Positions 45,498 to 58,985 of a stretch of DNA of 64,000 bases are shown here, piece by piece. The stretch is from assembly GCF_009914755.1 (NCBI RefSeq), contig NC_060940.1; one strand, given 5' to 3'. Source of the stretch: the human T2T-CHM13v2.0 reference genome, Homo sapiens. Every line of letters begins with the position of its first letter. Position 1 is the first letter of the stretch. The position numbers and the translations under genes were made by a program. The notes beneath the pieces were generated by a model. The model was not told the origin of the DNA. It ran no database searches and was given only the letters and a program-made list of their open reading frames with translations.

Positions 45498-46702
45498 GAC
45501 TTTGGAACTTTAATAAATTGACTGGACATTATGCATTTCTCTGTTGTGTCTATGAAAACAATAAAAATAAAAGTCATAATTTTAAAACAAGAAGACAGAA
45601 AGTGATAGGAGAAAATGAGACATTATATATATATATATATATATACACACAACAAATTAATAATACAAAATTAAGTATAAATGATCAAAGATTAACTTAA
45701 ACCTAAGTAGACAATGTTTTTGTTAAAATACAAAGATTGGCAAAATTTAAAACATCCGTCTCTATCATAGTTACAAGAGACACAACTAATATATAAATTT
45801 ACAGAAACTTTGAAGTTCAAACAATACAGATACTGTGTATATATGATATACATACAAACATACTACATGAATATAATTTTTTAAAAAGTTGCTATGTAGA
45901 CAAAATAGAATGTAAGTTAGAAACATTTATTAAAAGAAGTTAGTCTAACCAGTGTGATAAAAGTTTTAAGTTATTAAGAAGATGTGATGACTTAAATGTG
46001 CATTAGCCTGATACATACATATATATAGACACACAAACCACACACTCTCTCTCACACACACAGACACACACGTATGTAGAGAGAGAGTCAAATTATATAA
46101 AGCAAAAATATCAGAAAGTAAGTAGAAACGGATAAGCCCCCAAATATTATAGACATTTCAAACACACGTCTTTCAGTAATAGATAAAAGAAAAAATTAAA
46201 AGAGTAAGTTTTAAAAGAAGCTAGTGGATTTTAAAAAGGGCAAATATTATATAAGGAACATGAATATTATAATTCATGTTATTTTCATGTTCATACAGAA
46301 TACTTACAAAAATTAACATTTTCTAGACCATACGAATACCACAAATTCAAACAATTTTCACGGAAATAACATGACACAGAATATATTTCCTAAACAAACA
46401 GCAATGAAGGCAGATATAAATACAAAAATGAAAGTTAGAAACATAAGTGTAATAATATTGGTTGGAAGCTATTTTAATGAATATTGAAATATTTTAAAGG
46501 TGAATAGTCAATACAAATAAACCAAACACTTTTGTAAGGCCACTAAGATGCATGTGTAATGTGTAATGCCTCCTTTTATAAGGAGTAAATCTGTAACATC
46601 ACCTGGGCTATTTGACAACTGCAAAGTGAATGTGAGAAGGGGAGAAACAGTGAGAGAGAGAGAGATAAAACCAGTAAAATAAACATAAAGAATGAAGGAG
46701 AT

Positions 46703-47054
<352 letters not shown>

Positions 47055-49252
47055 TTAAAGCAACTGGGTATATATTTAAAAATGCAAAAGCTCACTTTTT
47101 CAGAAAAATATTAAAGTATTAAATCTAACAAATGTCTAGGTAGACTGATGGAGAAAAATACAGAAAATGCACAAAAAAACAATTACCTGGAATGCGAACG
47201 TTACAAAACGTCAGCAGTTGTAGATTTTAAATAAGCAATGATTTTTGATTTCAACCATGTGGGGTATATTGAAAAGAATCTCTCAGAAAAAAAAGAAAAA
47301 GAAAACTGTTATAAAGCTATGTACAAAATGTTAAGCACTATTAAAGTCTTCCAAATCTACCAGTTACGGAGTTATTGGTCTTGGACTAACACTCCTTAAA
47401 AGGAAAAAACCAAACAAAACAAGACAAAACCTAAAAACCTGGATAAAATGGCCTACGGTGGGCACTGGCAATGCATCCAAGCAGGTAGGACCTGGGTGTT
47501 ACATTCTCTTTGTCAGAACACAAAGCATTCATACACTCTTCTCACCCTCACTTTCACCTTTTAATCTTATCTACTATTAAATGTATTCAACATTACTATC
47601 AATCCTTTGGTCAAAATTTCTTTACTCACATTTTGCTTGATGCACTTGGATAGACTGTTCAAGAAAGTGTGAGTAGTGAATTCCTCAAACTCTTGCATAT
47701 TCAAAATCACATTTTTGAACCTTGATGCTTGAAGTGTAGCTTGGGTAACAGATGGGCTTTAAGCCAATTTTGGCATGCAAGGGGTTGAGTTTATTAGGCA
47801 TCAGCACTGCTGAAAATCGTGGGGATGCAGGCTTAATTTCAACACTATTCTAAATACTTGAAAGATATTATATAAGTCTTTAATAAACTCCTGTGTCTAC
47901 AAATGGTTCACATTAACTCAATATCCATGATTAAACATCTATAAAATCAAGGCACTGTTATTTAGTGGAGACTTGCTGGCTATTCTATGAGAGGAGGTAT
48001 TGTTATTGTAATCTCGTCATCTCATAAAATTGTATCATATTACTCATAACCAGCCCTTCATATCCTATTCCTATTTTGGTATTTTAAAATAAGATATCTT
48101 TGAAACTCTTGAATTCAAAGAGGGAATCTGAATAATTTTTAAAATGTCAATGAAATGCCCTTTCTTCATGCTTCAACAACTAAAAATTGACTAAAGTGCT
48201 TCTCTTCAATCTTTCTGGAACATTTTTTATCTAAATTCTAAGAACAATCACTATAGGTTTTAACCACAAATGTGAAAATATTCTAAATGTTAGGGTGGAA
48301 CAATTTTTTAAATATTTTATAGTAATTTTTTTCATCATAGTGACAGTGTGCTACATTTTTTTAAGCCAACTATTACTGTAGACATTTAAGTCAGGATTCT
48401 AAGAAGCTGTGCTAAAGTCCAAAATTTAGTTTCATGTACACTGATATTATATATATATTTGCTTAAAAAATTAATACATGTGAGCCGTGTTTCAAATAGT
48501 TGAGAGATTATTATATCAAATATTCTTGATTATATAAAATGCCAATTACTTATAGGCAGACATGCTTTAAATAATTACTAAGGCAGTTGTGGTTGATTCT
48601 ACTCTTGCTACTGGCATTTATAAGGACATACTATTATGGTCTGAAGAATATTTAGGCAAATTTATCCCTCATATGATCAGAAGAACAATGCAAGATAGTT
48701 TATATCTGAAAGGAAAAATATCTTTATATGGTTCTGAAAGCGTAAATCATTAACAACTTGGATAATAATTTGCATAAAAATACACAAACATGCCCTCTTC
48801 CTAGCAGTAAGTACACAGTGACAACAGAATCAAAGCATGTGGCTATGTGCATGTTTATATTTCAAGACGCAGAGCACTCTATTCCTCCTCTCTGCCCTTT
48901 CTAGATGGCACAATCCCTCATGAATCTAAGTGCAGTCATAGGGTGGATTAGGGTGACCTGCCATTTGTATGCAACTGATCTCTAGTTTGGAAGTAATTAA
49001 TGTCAAAATATATTTTTAAAAGATAATTTCAAATTTCAGGGCAAACTAGCATGGTTTCACCCCTTTTCTTTGGAACATTTTTTCTAAGGTTGGAAAAGTA
49101 AGGTAGGCTTTAGTACGATTTTAAATAATAAGTTTTCAAAATGAGACGCAAAATGGTGGCGCCAACACATTTCAAATCTGCTACATTTTGAAGACACTTA
49201 TTGGAGAAAAGACCTTCTCATTTTTCTCTTACAGGAAAGGAAATAACATGTA

Positions 49253-49618
49253 CAGTTGACCCTTAAGCAACACGGAGGTTGGGGTGCTGGCCCCCTGCAC
49301 AGTAGAAAATCCACTATAACTTTGACTCCCCCAAAACTTAACTACTAATAGCCTACTGTAAGCCTTACAAATAACACAGTCAATTAACACATATTTAATA
49401 TATGTCTTATATACTGTATTCTTAACAAACATGCCAGACAAAAGAAAAAAGAAAATCATAAGAAAAATAGATTTACTAGTTATTAAATGGAAGTAGATGA
49501 TCAAACAGGTCTTCATCCTCATCCTTTTCATGGGCAGGGTGTGGATAAGGATGTAGAATTGTTGGTTTTGCTAAGTGGACGTGCACAGTTCAAATCCCTG
49601 TGGTGCAAAGGCCAACTG
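49253..49618. mobile_element. Tigger2a (MER28-like)
   Basis: TA|cagttgaccctt ... aaggccaactg|TA: terminal inverted repeats and TA TSD. Confidence 0.85.
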
Positions 49619-49712
49619 TATAGCCATTGAATAGCAATTTATTTTTAGAAATTAACCTCACTAAAATACTCTTAGAAGGATGCCAAGAAAAAAAGTGAAT
49701 AAGTATTTTTGG

Positions 49713-51945
49713 TTCATCTATTACATCATTTCCTTTCATTATTTCATTTCTTTTCATCATTTCATTTCATTTCCTCATTTCATCCTTTCATTTCATCATT
49801 TCATCATTTCATCTCATTTTATCATTTCATTTCATTCTTTCATTTCATTTCTTCATTTCGTCTCAACATTTCATTTCATCATTTCACTTCATCTCATCAT
49901 TTCATCATTTCATCTCATCATTTCATTTCATCTCATCATTTCATTTCATCTCATTTCATCTTTTGATCTCATCATTTCATTATTTCTTTTCATCTTTTCA
50001 TCTCATTTCATCAATTCATCATTTCACCTCATTTCATTTCACTTCATTTCATTGTTTCATTTCATTTCATCATTTCATTTCATCACTTCATCTCAACATT
50101 TCATTTCGTCATTTCACTTTATCTCATTTCATCATTTCATCTCATGATTTCATTTCATCTCATTTCATCTCATTTCATTTCCTCTCATCATTTCATTTCA
50201 TCTTTTCATCTCATCATTTCATCTCATTTCATTTCACCATTTCATTTCATTTATTTCATCATTGCATCATTTGACTTCATGTCATCATTTCATATCATTT
50301 CATCATTTCATCTTTTCATTCCATCATTTCACTTCATTTCATTTCCTCATTTCATTTCATCCTTTCATCATTTCATCTCATCATTTCATCCTTTCATTTC
50401 ATTATTTCATTTCATAATTTCTTCTTATTGTTGCATTTCGTCATTCCATCATTTTATCATTTCATCTCATCATTTCATCATCTCACGATTTCATTTCATC
50501 CCATCATTTCATCTCATTTTATCTTTTCATCTCGTCATTTCATCATTTCATTTCATCTTTTCATCTCATTTCATTTGATCATTTCATCAATTCATCATTT
50601 CATCATTTCATTTATTTCATCATTTAATCATTTAACTTCATTTCATCACTTCACTTCATTTCATCTTTTCATATCATTTCTTCATTTCACCATTTGATCT
50701 TTTCATTTCATCATTTCACTTCATCATTCATTTCATCATTTCATTTCATCTCATTTCATTTCACTTCATTTCATTGTTTCATTTCATTTCATCACTTCAT
50801 CTCAATATTTCATTTCGTCATTTCACTTCATCTCATTTCATCATTTCATCTCATGATTTCATTTCATCTCATTTCATTTCATCATTTCATTTATTTCATC
50901 ATTTCATCATTTGACTTCATGTCATCATTTCATATCACTTCATCATTTCATCTTTTCATTCCATCATTTCATTTCATCATTTCATTTCATCCTTTCATCA
51001 TTTCATCTCATCATTTCATCCTTTATTTCATTTCATCATTTCTTCTCATTGTTGCATTTCACCATCTCATCATCATTTCACTTCATCTCATCATTTCATC
51101 ATCTCATGATTTCATTTCATTTCATCTCATCTTTTCATCTCATTTCATTTCATCATTTCATTTCATTTCATCTTTTCATCTCATTTCATTTGATCATTTC
51201 ATCAATTCATCATTTCATCATTACATTTCATTTCATTATTTCATCATTTAATCATTTCACTTCATCATTTCATTTCATTTCATCATTTCATGTCATTTCT
51301 TCATTTCACCATTTGATCTTTTCATTTCATCATTTCATCATTCCATTTCATTTCCTCATTTCATTTCACAATTTCATCTCATCATTTCATTTCATCATTC
51401 CATTTCATCATTTCATTACATTTCATCATTTCACTTCATCTCATCATATGATCTTTCATTGCTTTATTTCATTTCATCTCATTTCATTTCATCATTTGAC
51501 TTCATCTCATCATTTCATCACATCATTTCATTTCATCTCATCATTTCATTTCATCTTTTCATCTCCTCATTTCATTTAATCATTTCGTTTCATTTCACCT
51601 TTTCATCTCATCATTTCATTAGTTCATCATTTAATTTCATTTTTTCATCATTTCTTCATTCACTTCATTTCATCATTTCATTTCATCATTTCATATCATT
51701 TCCTCAATTCATCATTTCATCTTTTCATTTCATTTCATCATTTTATCATTTCATTTCATTTCAGTTCATTATTTCATTTCATTATTTCATTTCATTTCAC
51801 CATTTTATGTCATCATTTCATCATTTTTCATCATTCCATTTCATTTCATCATTTCATCTCATTATTTCATTTCTTCATTTCATCATTTCATTTCATCATT
51901 TCATCATTTCATTTCATCATCTCATCATTTCATTTCATTTCATTG
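49713..51945. repeat. Degenerate (CATTT)n/(CAT)/(CATCT) satellite-like array
   Basis: ~2.2 kb built almost entirely of CATTT, CAT and CATCT units; nearly G-free on the + strand. Confidence 0.95.
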
Positions 51946-52819
51946 ATACATGTATTTAATTGCTAATGCGATGCCCAGGAAACACCCTATTTCCCTTTGT
52001 AAAACACCTCCTTCAACAAAAGGCAACTTCTCGTGGCTGGTTAAGTCTACACGGATACCAGCCTCTCTTCAACCACCCAATTTCATTTAGAACCTCAAAC
52101 AGCACCTCAGTTTCATAAAAACCTAAAACATAAACACAACACTTGGTTGTAAGTGAGCCAACAGTTTTTTGTCTCTTTCTCTGCTCAAGGCTTAAGGCCG
52201 TGTCTCCCCAACTACATTCAGTGGAAGAAAAGATCCCCTGGACAAATAAGTTTGAGAATTGTTGTTGCAGGAATTCTCAGAACTTTCCAAACACAAATCC
52301 TCATCCGCAGGGATCTTCAGGAGGGAGATGGCTGATGCAGCACAATTTTCTTTCACAGGAGTATCTTGCAGAATACAGTATGAGATCCAGAAAGGCTGCA
52401 TTGAGTCTTTTTAATGGCCCGGGCCTTGGTGGGGATGGGGTAGGAGCTCTCCAGATAGCATTTAATGAGTAGGAACATTCAGGTGGCTTTTCTTTTTCCT
52501 TATTGGCAAAACTGTGTGTACACCATGAATGAAGCTGGTCTCCCTTATCCATGTCAAAACTAAACCCAAATTAATTGGCTAAATTGGGACTCAACACCTC
52601 CAGAAGCCACGCGGCAGAAAGCCCCAACACACTTTAAATTAGCTTACCTCATCATATTTGAGGAAAGCAAAACGCATATGACCAGTATGCTGCTAATACA
52701 AGTCTACAGATGATGCTGTATGAAAAACTAGTTTTCCCAATCATAGCTGGCATAGTCCACATTTTGCATTACACTTCCCCCCCTTTTTTAAAAATTTTAA
52801 ACACAGGTCTTTTTATCTT

Positions 52820-52963
52820 CTTTTTTTCAATTTTAATTAAATTATACAAGACCGAGTCTCAGTATGTTGCCCAGGCTGGTCTTCAACTCCTGAGCTCAAG
52901 CGATACAGCTGTCTCCGCCTCCCAAAGTGCTGAGAATGCAGGCCTGAGACACTGTGCCTGGCC
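52820..52963 (-). mobile_element. FLAM/Alu left monomer
   Basis: tatgttgcccaggctggtctt...cctcccaaagtgctg...gcctggcc. Confidence 0.8.
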
Positions 52964-53324
52964 TTAAACACAAATCTTAATTCATTCTTACAATTATTCT
53001 GAGGTTACAAAAATGGAAGGGGAAGAAAAATGGAAAGTAGGTAGGCTGACTTCGGCTTCATTATTTGGAAGGACAGTTTGCTCGGTTAAAACACACTACT
53101 GCCTACAAAGGCCAAGACAACAGAAATATACAGACTTACATAAGTAGATTTTATATGTGACAGCAGTTTGAATGGAGACTTTTTCAATGCAATGAGAAAC
53201 AGCTGTGCTTGGGAATAAATGACAACGAATTTTTTTTATCTCAACAGCTGTCCTGAGACCATGTTATCTCTACCTGCATTCTGGAATCAGGGAGAAAGCC
53301 AAAACTGACGACAAGACACTAGAT

Positions 53325-53519
53325 CAGCCATGTCCAACCCTTTGACTACAAGGACTTTTCCACCTATCTGTGGTGGTGGGTAGCATGAAAATTATGCACA
53401 AACCTTTTTTTTTTTTTTAACCTCATCAGCTGTTGTTAGCATTAGTGTATTTTATGTGCAGCCCAGGAGCATTCTTCTTCCAATGTGGCCCTGATAAGCC
53501 AAAAGACTGGACACCTGTG
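53325..53519 (-). mobile_element. MER30 hAT element
   Basis: catcagct...gtattttatgtg...ccaaaagactggacacc; 8-bp TSD CACTAGAT at 53317-53324 and 53520-53527. Confidence 0.8.
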
Positions 53520-53637
53520 CACTAGATCAAAAGGCTACTCCTTCTGGAAGCAATTGTAAAGAATTTCTGACATAATCTTGACATGAAAACCAATGGATAG
53601 TGGGACAGAATGCAAAATCTTGAAGAATTTTTCTTGT

Positions 53638-53903
53638 CTTTTTTTTTTTTTTTTTTGAGTCACGGTCTTGCTCTGTGGCCCAGGCTGGAGTACACTGGTG
53701 AGATCAGAGCTCAGTGCAGGATCAAGTGCTCCTCCCGCCTCAGCCACAGTAGTAGCTGGGACTACAGATGCGCACAACCACCCCTGGCTAATATTTTCTT
53801 TTTTGTAGAGATGGGGTCTCACTATATTGTCCGGGTTGGTCTCAAACTCCTTGACTCAAGGGATCCAGGAAAGGATAACAGGTGGGAGCCACCACACCTG
53901 GCT
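53638..53903 (-). mobile_element. AluJ (diverged)
   Basis: Poly-T then gagtcacggtcttgctctg...gagccaccacacctggc. Confidence 0.85.
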
Positions 53904-54732
53904 ATGTGCATGAACTTTTAAGACAAACACAGGGCCCCACAAAAGTTAAGGTTTTTCCCACCTAATTTCCAGGGGGATCTTTTGGTGCACGGCTGAGAAG
54001 CCCTTAAAAGTACACAGACAACTCCAAAGATTCAAGACAGTTCATTCGGGCTGAGCCAGCCCACTGGGCAGACTGACCTTCAAAAAAGACCCACCCATGA
54101 CATACACCAGATGGCTCTCCAAGAATCCCTTCAGTCCTCAGGGTCCCTAACGTACTGGACAGAGCTAGGAAAGCAAACCCATTTGCTTCTTCCTGCAGGA
54201 AACCCCTTGAGGTTAAGACCCCACAATCACATGAGGATGGAGTGGCTCACCCTCAGTCAACAGGCCAGACTCAAGGTGGTATAATGTCTTACCTAAGGGT
54301 GGGGGCCTCCAGGTCTGACTCCCAACTCAGTTCTTCTTTAATAACCACACTTTGTTAATTTTCCTTAACAGGGGTTCCTGGCAAGTCATTTCTCCCTCAG
54401 GCCTTCGGTTTCCTCACCTACAAGATGAGAGGGCTGGACCAGATGGAAATTCAGGGGGTAAGGGGATGTCCTCGCTCAGCCCACCCCCACCCCCACGGGA
54501 CCCTGGAGCCTCCATCCCAGTTCCCACCACGCGCCTGCTCCACAAATCCTGCCCAAGGTGAGGGCTGGTCCCGGGTCCTCTGGCTGCCGCGTCAGCGAGT
54601 GCAGGAGGGAGGGGAAGCCTCCAAGGGGGTGACGTGGGCTCAAGGATGCAACTCGGCCAGGAGTGAACTGGGGCCCCGAAGGAGGTGTCCAGGCCACTCC
54701 TGGAGCCCAGCCCGGGTCCCCGAACCCCTTAC

Positions 54733-55114
54733 CTCCAGGGTCTGTATCTCCTGCTGGGTGAGGTCATTGGACACAGCGCACTTGGTGCACAGCCCGCACA
54801 GGCTGCCAATGAAGATGACGATGAGCTTCTGGAGCTGCCCGCACTACTGCAGCGCCCGGCTGGCCGCAGCCCCTGTGCCACCCTCCGTGGCCGCCGCATC
54901 ACCCCCGCCACCGCCCTCCTTATTCTCTCCCATCGCCTCCGCAGGCAGCGCCACTCTATGCAGGCCACAGGGGCCTAGGCAAGGAGCCCGGGGCGCCGGC
55001 GCCTCGGCAAGGAATCCCTGAGCCAGGAGAGCTGGACCAGGAGCACCCCTGGTCGCTGCCCTTGCCAGGACGCCAGTAGAGCCGGCAGCCGAGTCTGCTG
55101 CTCCCGCCCTCAGA
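54733..55114 (-). pseudogene. KSR1: KSR1 exon 1 paralogous fragment (5'UTR plus 77 codons of the N-terminal CA1/CC-SAM region)
   Basis: 54963->54733 translates [76 protein letters not shown]|GTaagg. Recalled KSR1 is [77 protein letters not shown]. First ATG is now CTG, TAG at 54844-54846, donor intact. The 5'UTR extent is inferred. Confidence 0.92.
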
Positions 55115-55793
55115 GCCGCGGCGGCGGGGACAAAAATCCTCGGCGGCGGGGGCAAAAAGTCGCGGTGGCAAAAAGCGGCGGCGACGGGGGCAAAAAGTCG
55201 CGGCAGCAAAAAGCCGCGGCGGCGGGGACAAAAAGCCGCGGCGGCGAGGGCTAAAAAGCTGCGGTGGGGAAAAAGCTGCGGCGGCGGGGGGCAAAAAGCC
55301 GAGGCGGGGTGGGGGCAAAAAGCCGCGGTGGGTAAAAAGCCGCGGGGGCAGGGGGGAAAAAGCCACGGCGAGGAAATAGCCGCAGCGGCCTGGAGGCAAA
55401 AAGCGGTGGGGTTCAAAAAGCGGCGGGGGGCAAAAAGCCGCGGCGGTGGGGGGTGGCAAAAAGCGGCGGGGGGCAAAAAGCCGCGGTGGCAAAATTCGCA
55501 GCGGCGAGGGGTCAAAACGCCGCGGCGGGCTAAAAGCCCTGGCGCTGGGGGGGCACAAAGCCGCGGCGGGCAAAAAGCCATGGCGGCAAAATTCGCAGTG
55601 GCGAAGGTCAAAAAGCCGCGGTGGTCAAAAAGCCTTGGCGCTTGGGGGGCAAAAAGCCACGGCGGGCAAAAAGCGGAGGCGCGGTGGGGGGAAAAAGCCG
55701 CGGCGGCGGGGCGGGAAAAAGCCGCGGAGGCAGGGGGGGCAAAAAGCCGCGGAGGCAGGGGGGGCAAAAAGCCGCGGCGACGGGGGGGCAAAA
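55115..55793. repeat. GC-rich pericentromeric CAAAAAG-type repeat, (CAAAAAGCCGCGGCGGCGGGGG)n
   Basis: Roughly 30 variable units of ~16-27 bp, CpG-dense, with G-runs and A-runs on the + strand. Confidence 0.95.
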
Positions 55794-58159
55794 TAATGGA
55801 GATGGGGTAGAAGGCCGGCACAGCTTGGCATTGCTGGAATGGGATGTGATAGGAAATGTGAAGCCAAAGACAAAAAAAGATGTAAGTAGGCTTGACTCAT
55901 TGAAGCTAAGAACCCAGATGTTATCTTGAGGGTATTAATTAATAAGCAGTTTAAATCAGAATGGCACATTCTGATTTGTTTTTTGTATGTTCACATTTGG
56001 CAGGCATAGATACTGTTTGAAGAGAGAAAAGTCAGTAGAGAGAGGTAACAAACTTAAATATGTGCCAAGTCTAGAAACAAGAGACCAGGGGTATAAGGAC
56101 CTTTCAAAATAAAATGCAAGATTTGAAAACTGATTGGCTGGGGGATGAGGAAAAGGCAGATCTTTAAGGTCCATCCCTGTTTTGCTTTAAGTTGTTAGGG
56201 GGTGGTTTTATCACATGTTGTAGAATATGTCATTTCAGTTTTGAACATCTTGAGTTAAATTGTCCTAACATATCTTATGAATTTGATTTTCTTCCCTGGG
56301 AAGCTAATATTTCAAACACTTAAAGAGTATATAGATTTCCAACTTGTATCCCATTTATAAAACTATCTCTAGGCTGCTGATTTCAGGAGGAGGCTCATGA
56401 ATATTCTCTTTGCAGAGAATATATCAGGAGTTAACAACAGCTTCAATATTTGTGGACGACCAGTTAACTAAGCCACCTCTTAGTGTCTTTAGTTGGGAAA
56501 TCTTAGCTGAAGATATTCAATAATGAACCAAGAGTGACTAAAAAATTCAATATTTAAGTATATTTCATTGTAATTAATTTGAATTGAAGTAGCCATATAC
56601 AGCTAGTATTTACTATATTGAACAATGCAAATAAGAGGAAAAAATTAATAACCATCGCTAATACCACATGCCAAAATCCTCATCAGTTTATTCTAGCTAA
56701 AGGAGTTTATCAGAAGCAGCAGTTGAAAGCACCAACTAAACCAGCTGGGGTGAGTTCACTGTCATTCTCTCAGAACCATCTCTTCTCTGAACAAAAGTAC
56801 AAGAGTTCATTGTGAATCTCCATTCTCCTTGCCTATTTTATGGTTTTGATGTTGACACTAATTTGTGAAATCCCTCCTGTGGTGTGATATTTCGTTTTCC
56901 TTGCTTTCTGTTAGGACAAGAATGCTTCAGCTCTTAATTTAAAATTATGTTTCTCCCTCCTAGGTTGAGTGAACTTAGAATGCATTCTCTGACATATCCA
57001 AGATTTTGTTAATATGAATTTCGGGAAAAAAGCATACTTAATTAGCTAAGACGTCTTATTCTAAGCTTGACCCTATGTTCGACATCTTTTGAATTTCTAG
57101 TTGCATGGGCTGCTCTCTGACACTGGTTAGTGACCTGGAAGCTATATTAATGTTAGGGGAGGTGGTGTATGAGCATTAGAGGTATCCTTGCAAGGAAAGA
57201 CTTGTCTTATCTCAATACGTCTTTTTTTTTGCACACAAGAAAGTCAATGTCTGAGTCTTCTAAAGTCTTCCTATTTCCAAATTGCAGATTATGATTGGTT
57301 CCTAAACAAAGACCTAATTTTTGACTCAGAGACGTGGCAAGGTAGTGAATCACCGTTATAATTTAACAATCTTCAAGATAAAATTATCTCTGATATTTAG
57401 ATTTTGCCCAATTATTAAGATATTTGGGTGTTTCGTTAAGAATGGAAGACTCTAGTCTCTTGAGCAGAGACTATAAAGGCCTCAGATGATCATTTCAAAT
57501 TGTATGCCCTTTTCTTTAACACCTTCAACACAGTTGGAAGCAGCCGATATTCCCCAGAGTTGTTGTGTTTTTTAAACCAAATGCATGGTTCAGTGGTAGA
57601 AAACTGGGTTGATCCAAGCTGTTTTCAGTAAACACTTCATTTCAGGTGACCTATTTCATATTAAATAATCTCTAGATCCTGTCTTCGAAACTAACTAGAT
57701 CAGATAACCTACCCTGGATTTTCTCCTTTTAGGGTCTGTGAGCTGCAGTCACTTTTGCGAAAATGATTGCAATGACAAGATAGAGTTGTAGATGGGGAAA
57801 ATGTTTTGACTAATTTAAGCATAGTGGTATTTCATATGAGAATTTAAGTTACACACATTTGAAAATTATAATGGAGTCTCTTGGCTGAGCTTTAAAAAAA
57901 AATAGCGTTTAGGCTAAAAAGGGAACTGCTACCTCTCCTAAAATCAGAAAGATGTTACAGTAATTCTCCATTCTCTAGAATTATCAAGAAGCACCTTTGT
58001 GATGATTTACTTTTGCTCTTGGGAGTGTGAGCCCGTGCAGTCGTGGAACCATCAATTAGAATGGTGGCTTTCTGATCCCAAAGTCATTTGTTCTGAAAAC
58101 AATATTTTTCATAAATTTGAAAGTGAGAAGTTTTGATCTTGCCATTCCCAAGTAACTCT

Positions 58160-58985
58160 CTTAATAAGAGGCATCAGCATGCTTCAGTGACAGCTGTCAC
58201 CTTCCATTGCTGAGAGTCATCTTTGAGTTCTCCATTTCACTCCCTACACTCCAATTTAGCTGCAGTTCTCTTGGCCAGTCCTATGAAATACATCCATGGC
58301 CTAACGACTTCTCACCACTACTACCACTCATCCTGACAGCATTCTCACCTAAGTCACTACCTTTTTTCTCTGGATTAGAGTAGCCTCCCAATTTATTTGC
58401 TCACATAACCTATTTATTCTACACAGTGCACCAGATACACCCCTTTGAAATGCAAACACAATCATGTTATTCTCTGGTGAAATTATCTCATATATTCCTA
58501 TCGCATTTAAAATTAATTCAGAATCATCCCATGATTGTCAAAACCCTACATGCTCTTCCACAACATGGTTTACTTCCAAGATATCTCTTCAACTTTTTTT
58601 TCACTGTACTGAATTGGTGACTAATAGTCATATTTTTGTTTTTGCTCAAAAAGTCTTGACTTGTGAATTTTTCAGTTTCTCCTTTATCCACAGGTAACTC
58701 TTTCCTCATAAGGCGAATTGCTTGCTTCCTTGAGTTCTGCTCTCAAAGATACCCTTCATTTTCTACCTAATATTAATAACTTTAGTCATTCATTATTCCA
58801 TTACTATGCTCTATAGTGTATACAATTTCTGTTCTTTGTCATGTTATTAACTAAATTATTTATTGGGTCCAGTAACGTATTCCATAAATATTGTACACAT
58901 AAAAATTGTGTTATTTTTATTCCTGTATGCTCAGCTGCCCAATAACAGTCTGAGGATTAACATATATGTTAAATGCACAAATACA
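58160..58985 (+). mobile_element. L2 3' region
   Basis: gtcatctttgagttctcc...tagcctccca...tctacacagtgcaccaga...aaatgcaaacacaatcatgtta are L2a-like motifs. Confidence 0.6.

Larger units (their letters stand above)
54460..55800. promoter_or_regulatory. CpG-island-like region (KSR1 exon 1 island plus the GC-rich repeat)
   Basis: High GC and many CpGs against AT-rich flanks; promoter activity not shown. Confidence 0.6.

Noticed and set aside
49713-51945. HSat2/HSat3 assignment
   Set aside because: The unit is CATTT rather than CATTC, and the CATTCGATTC motifs are absent.
49680-51959. Long His/Phe/Ile/Ser-rich ORFs
   Set aside because: Artefacts of the G-poor CATTT repeat, which lacks stop codons.
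52143-52552. Overlapping ORFs as a further pseudo-exon
   Set aside because: No recognisable protein similarity or convincing splice sites.
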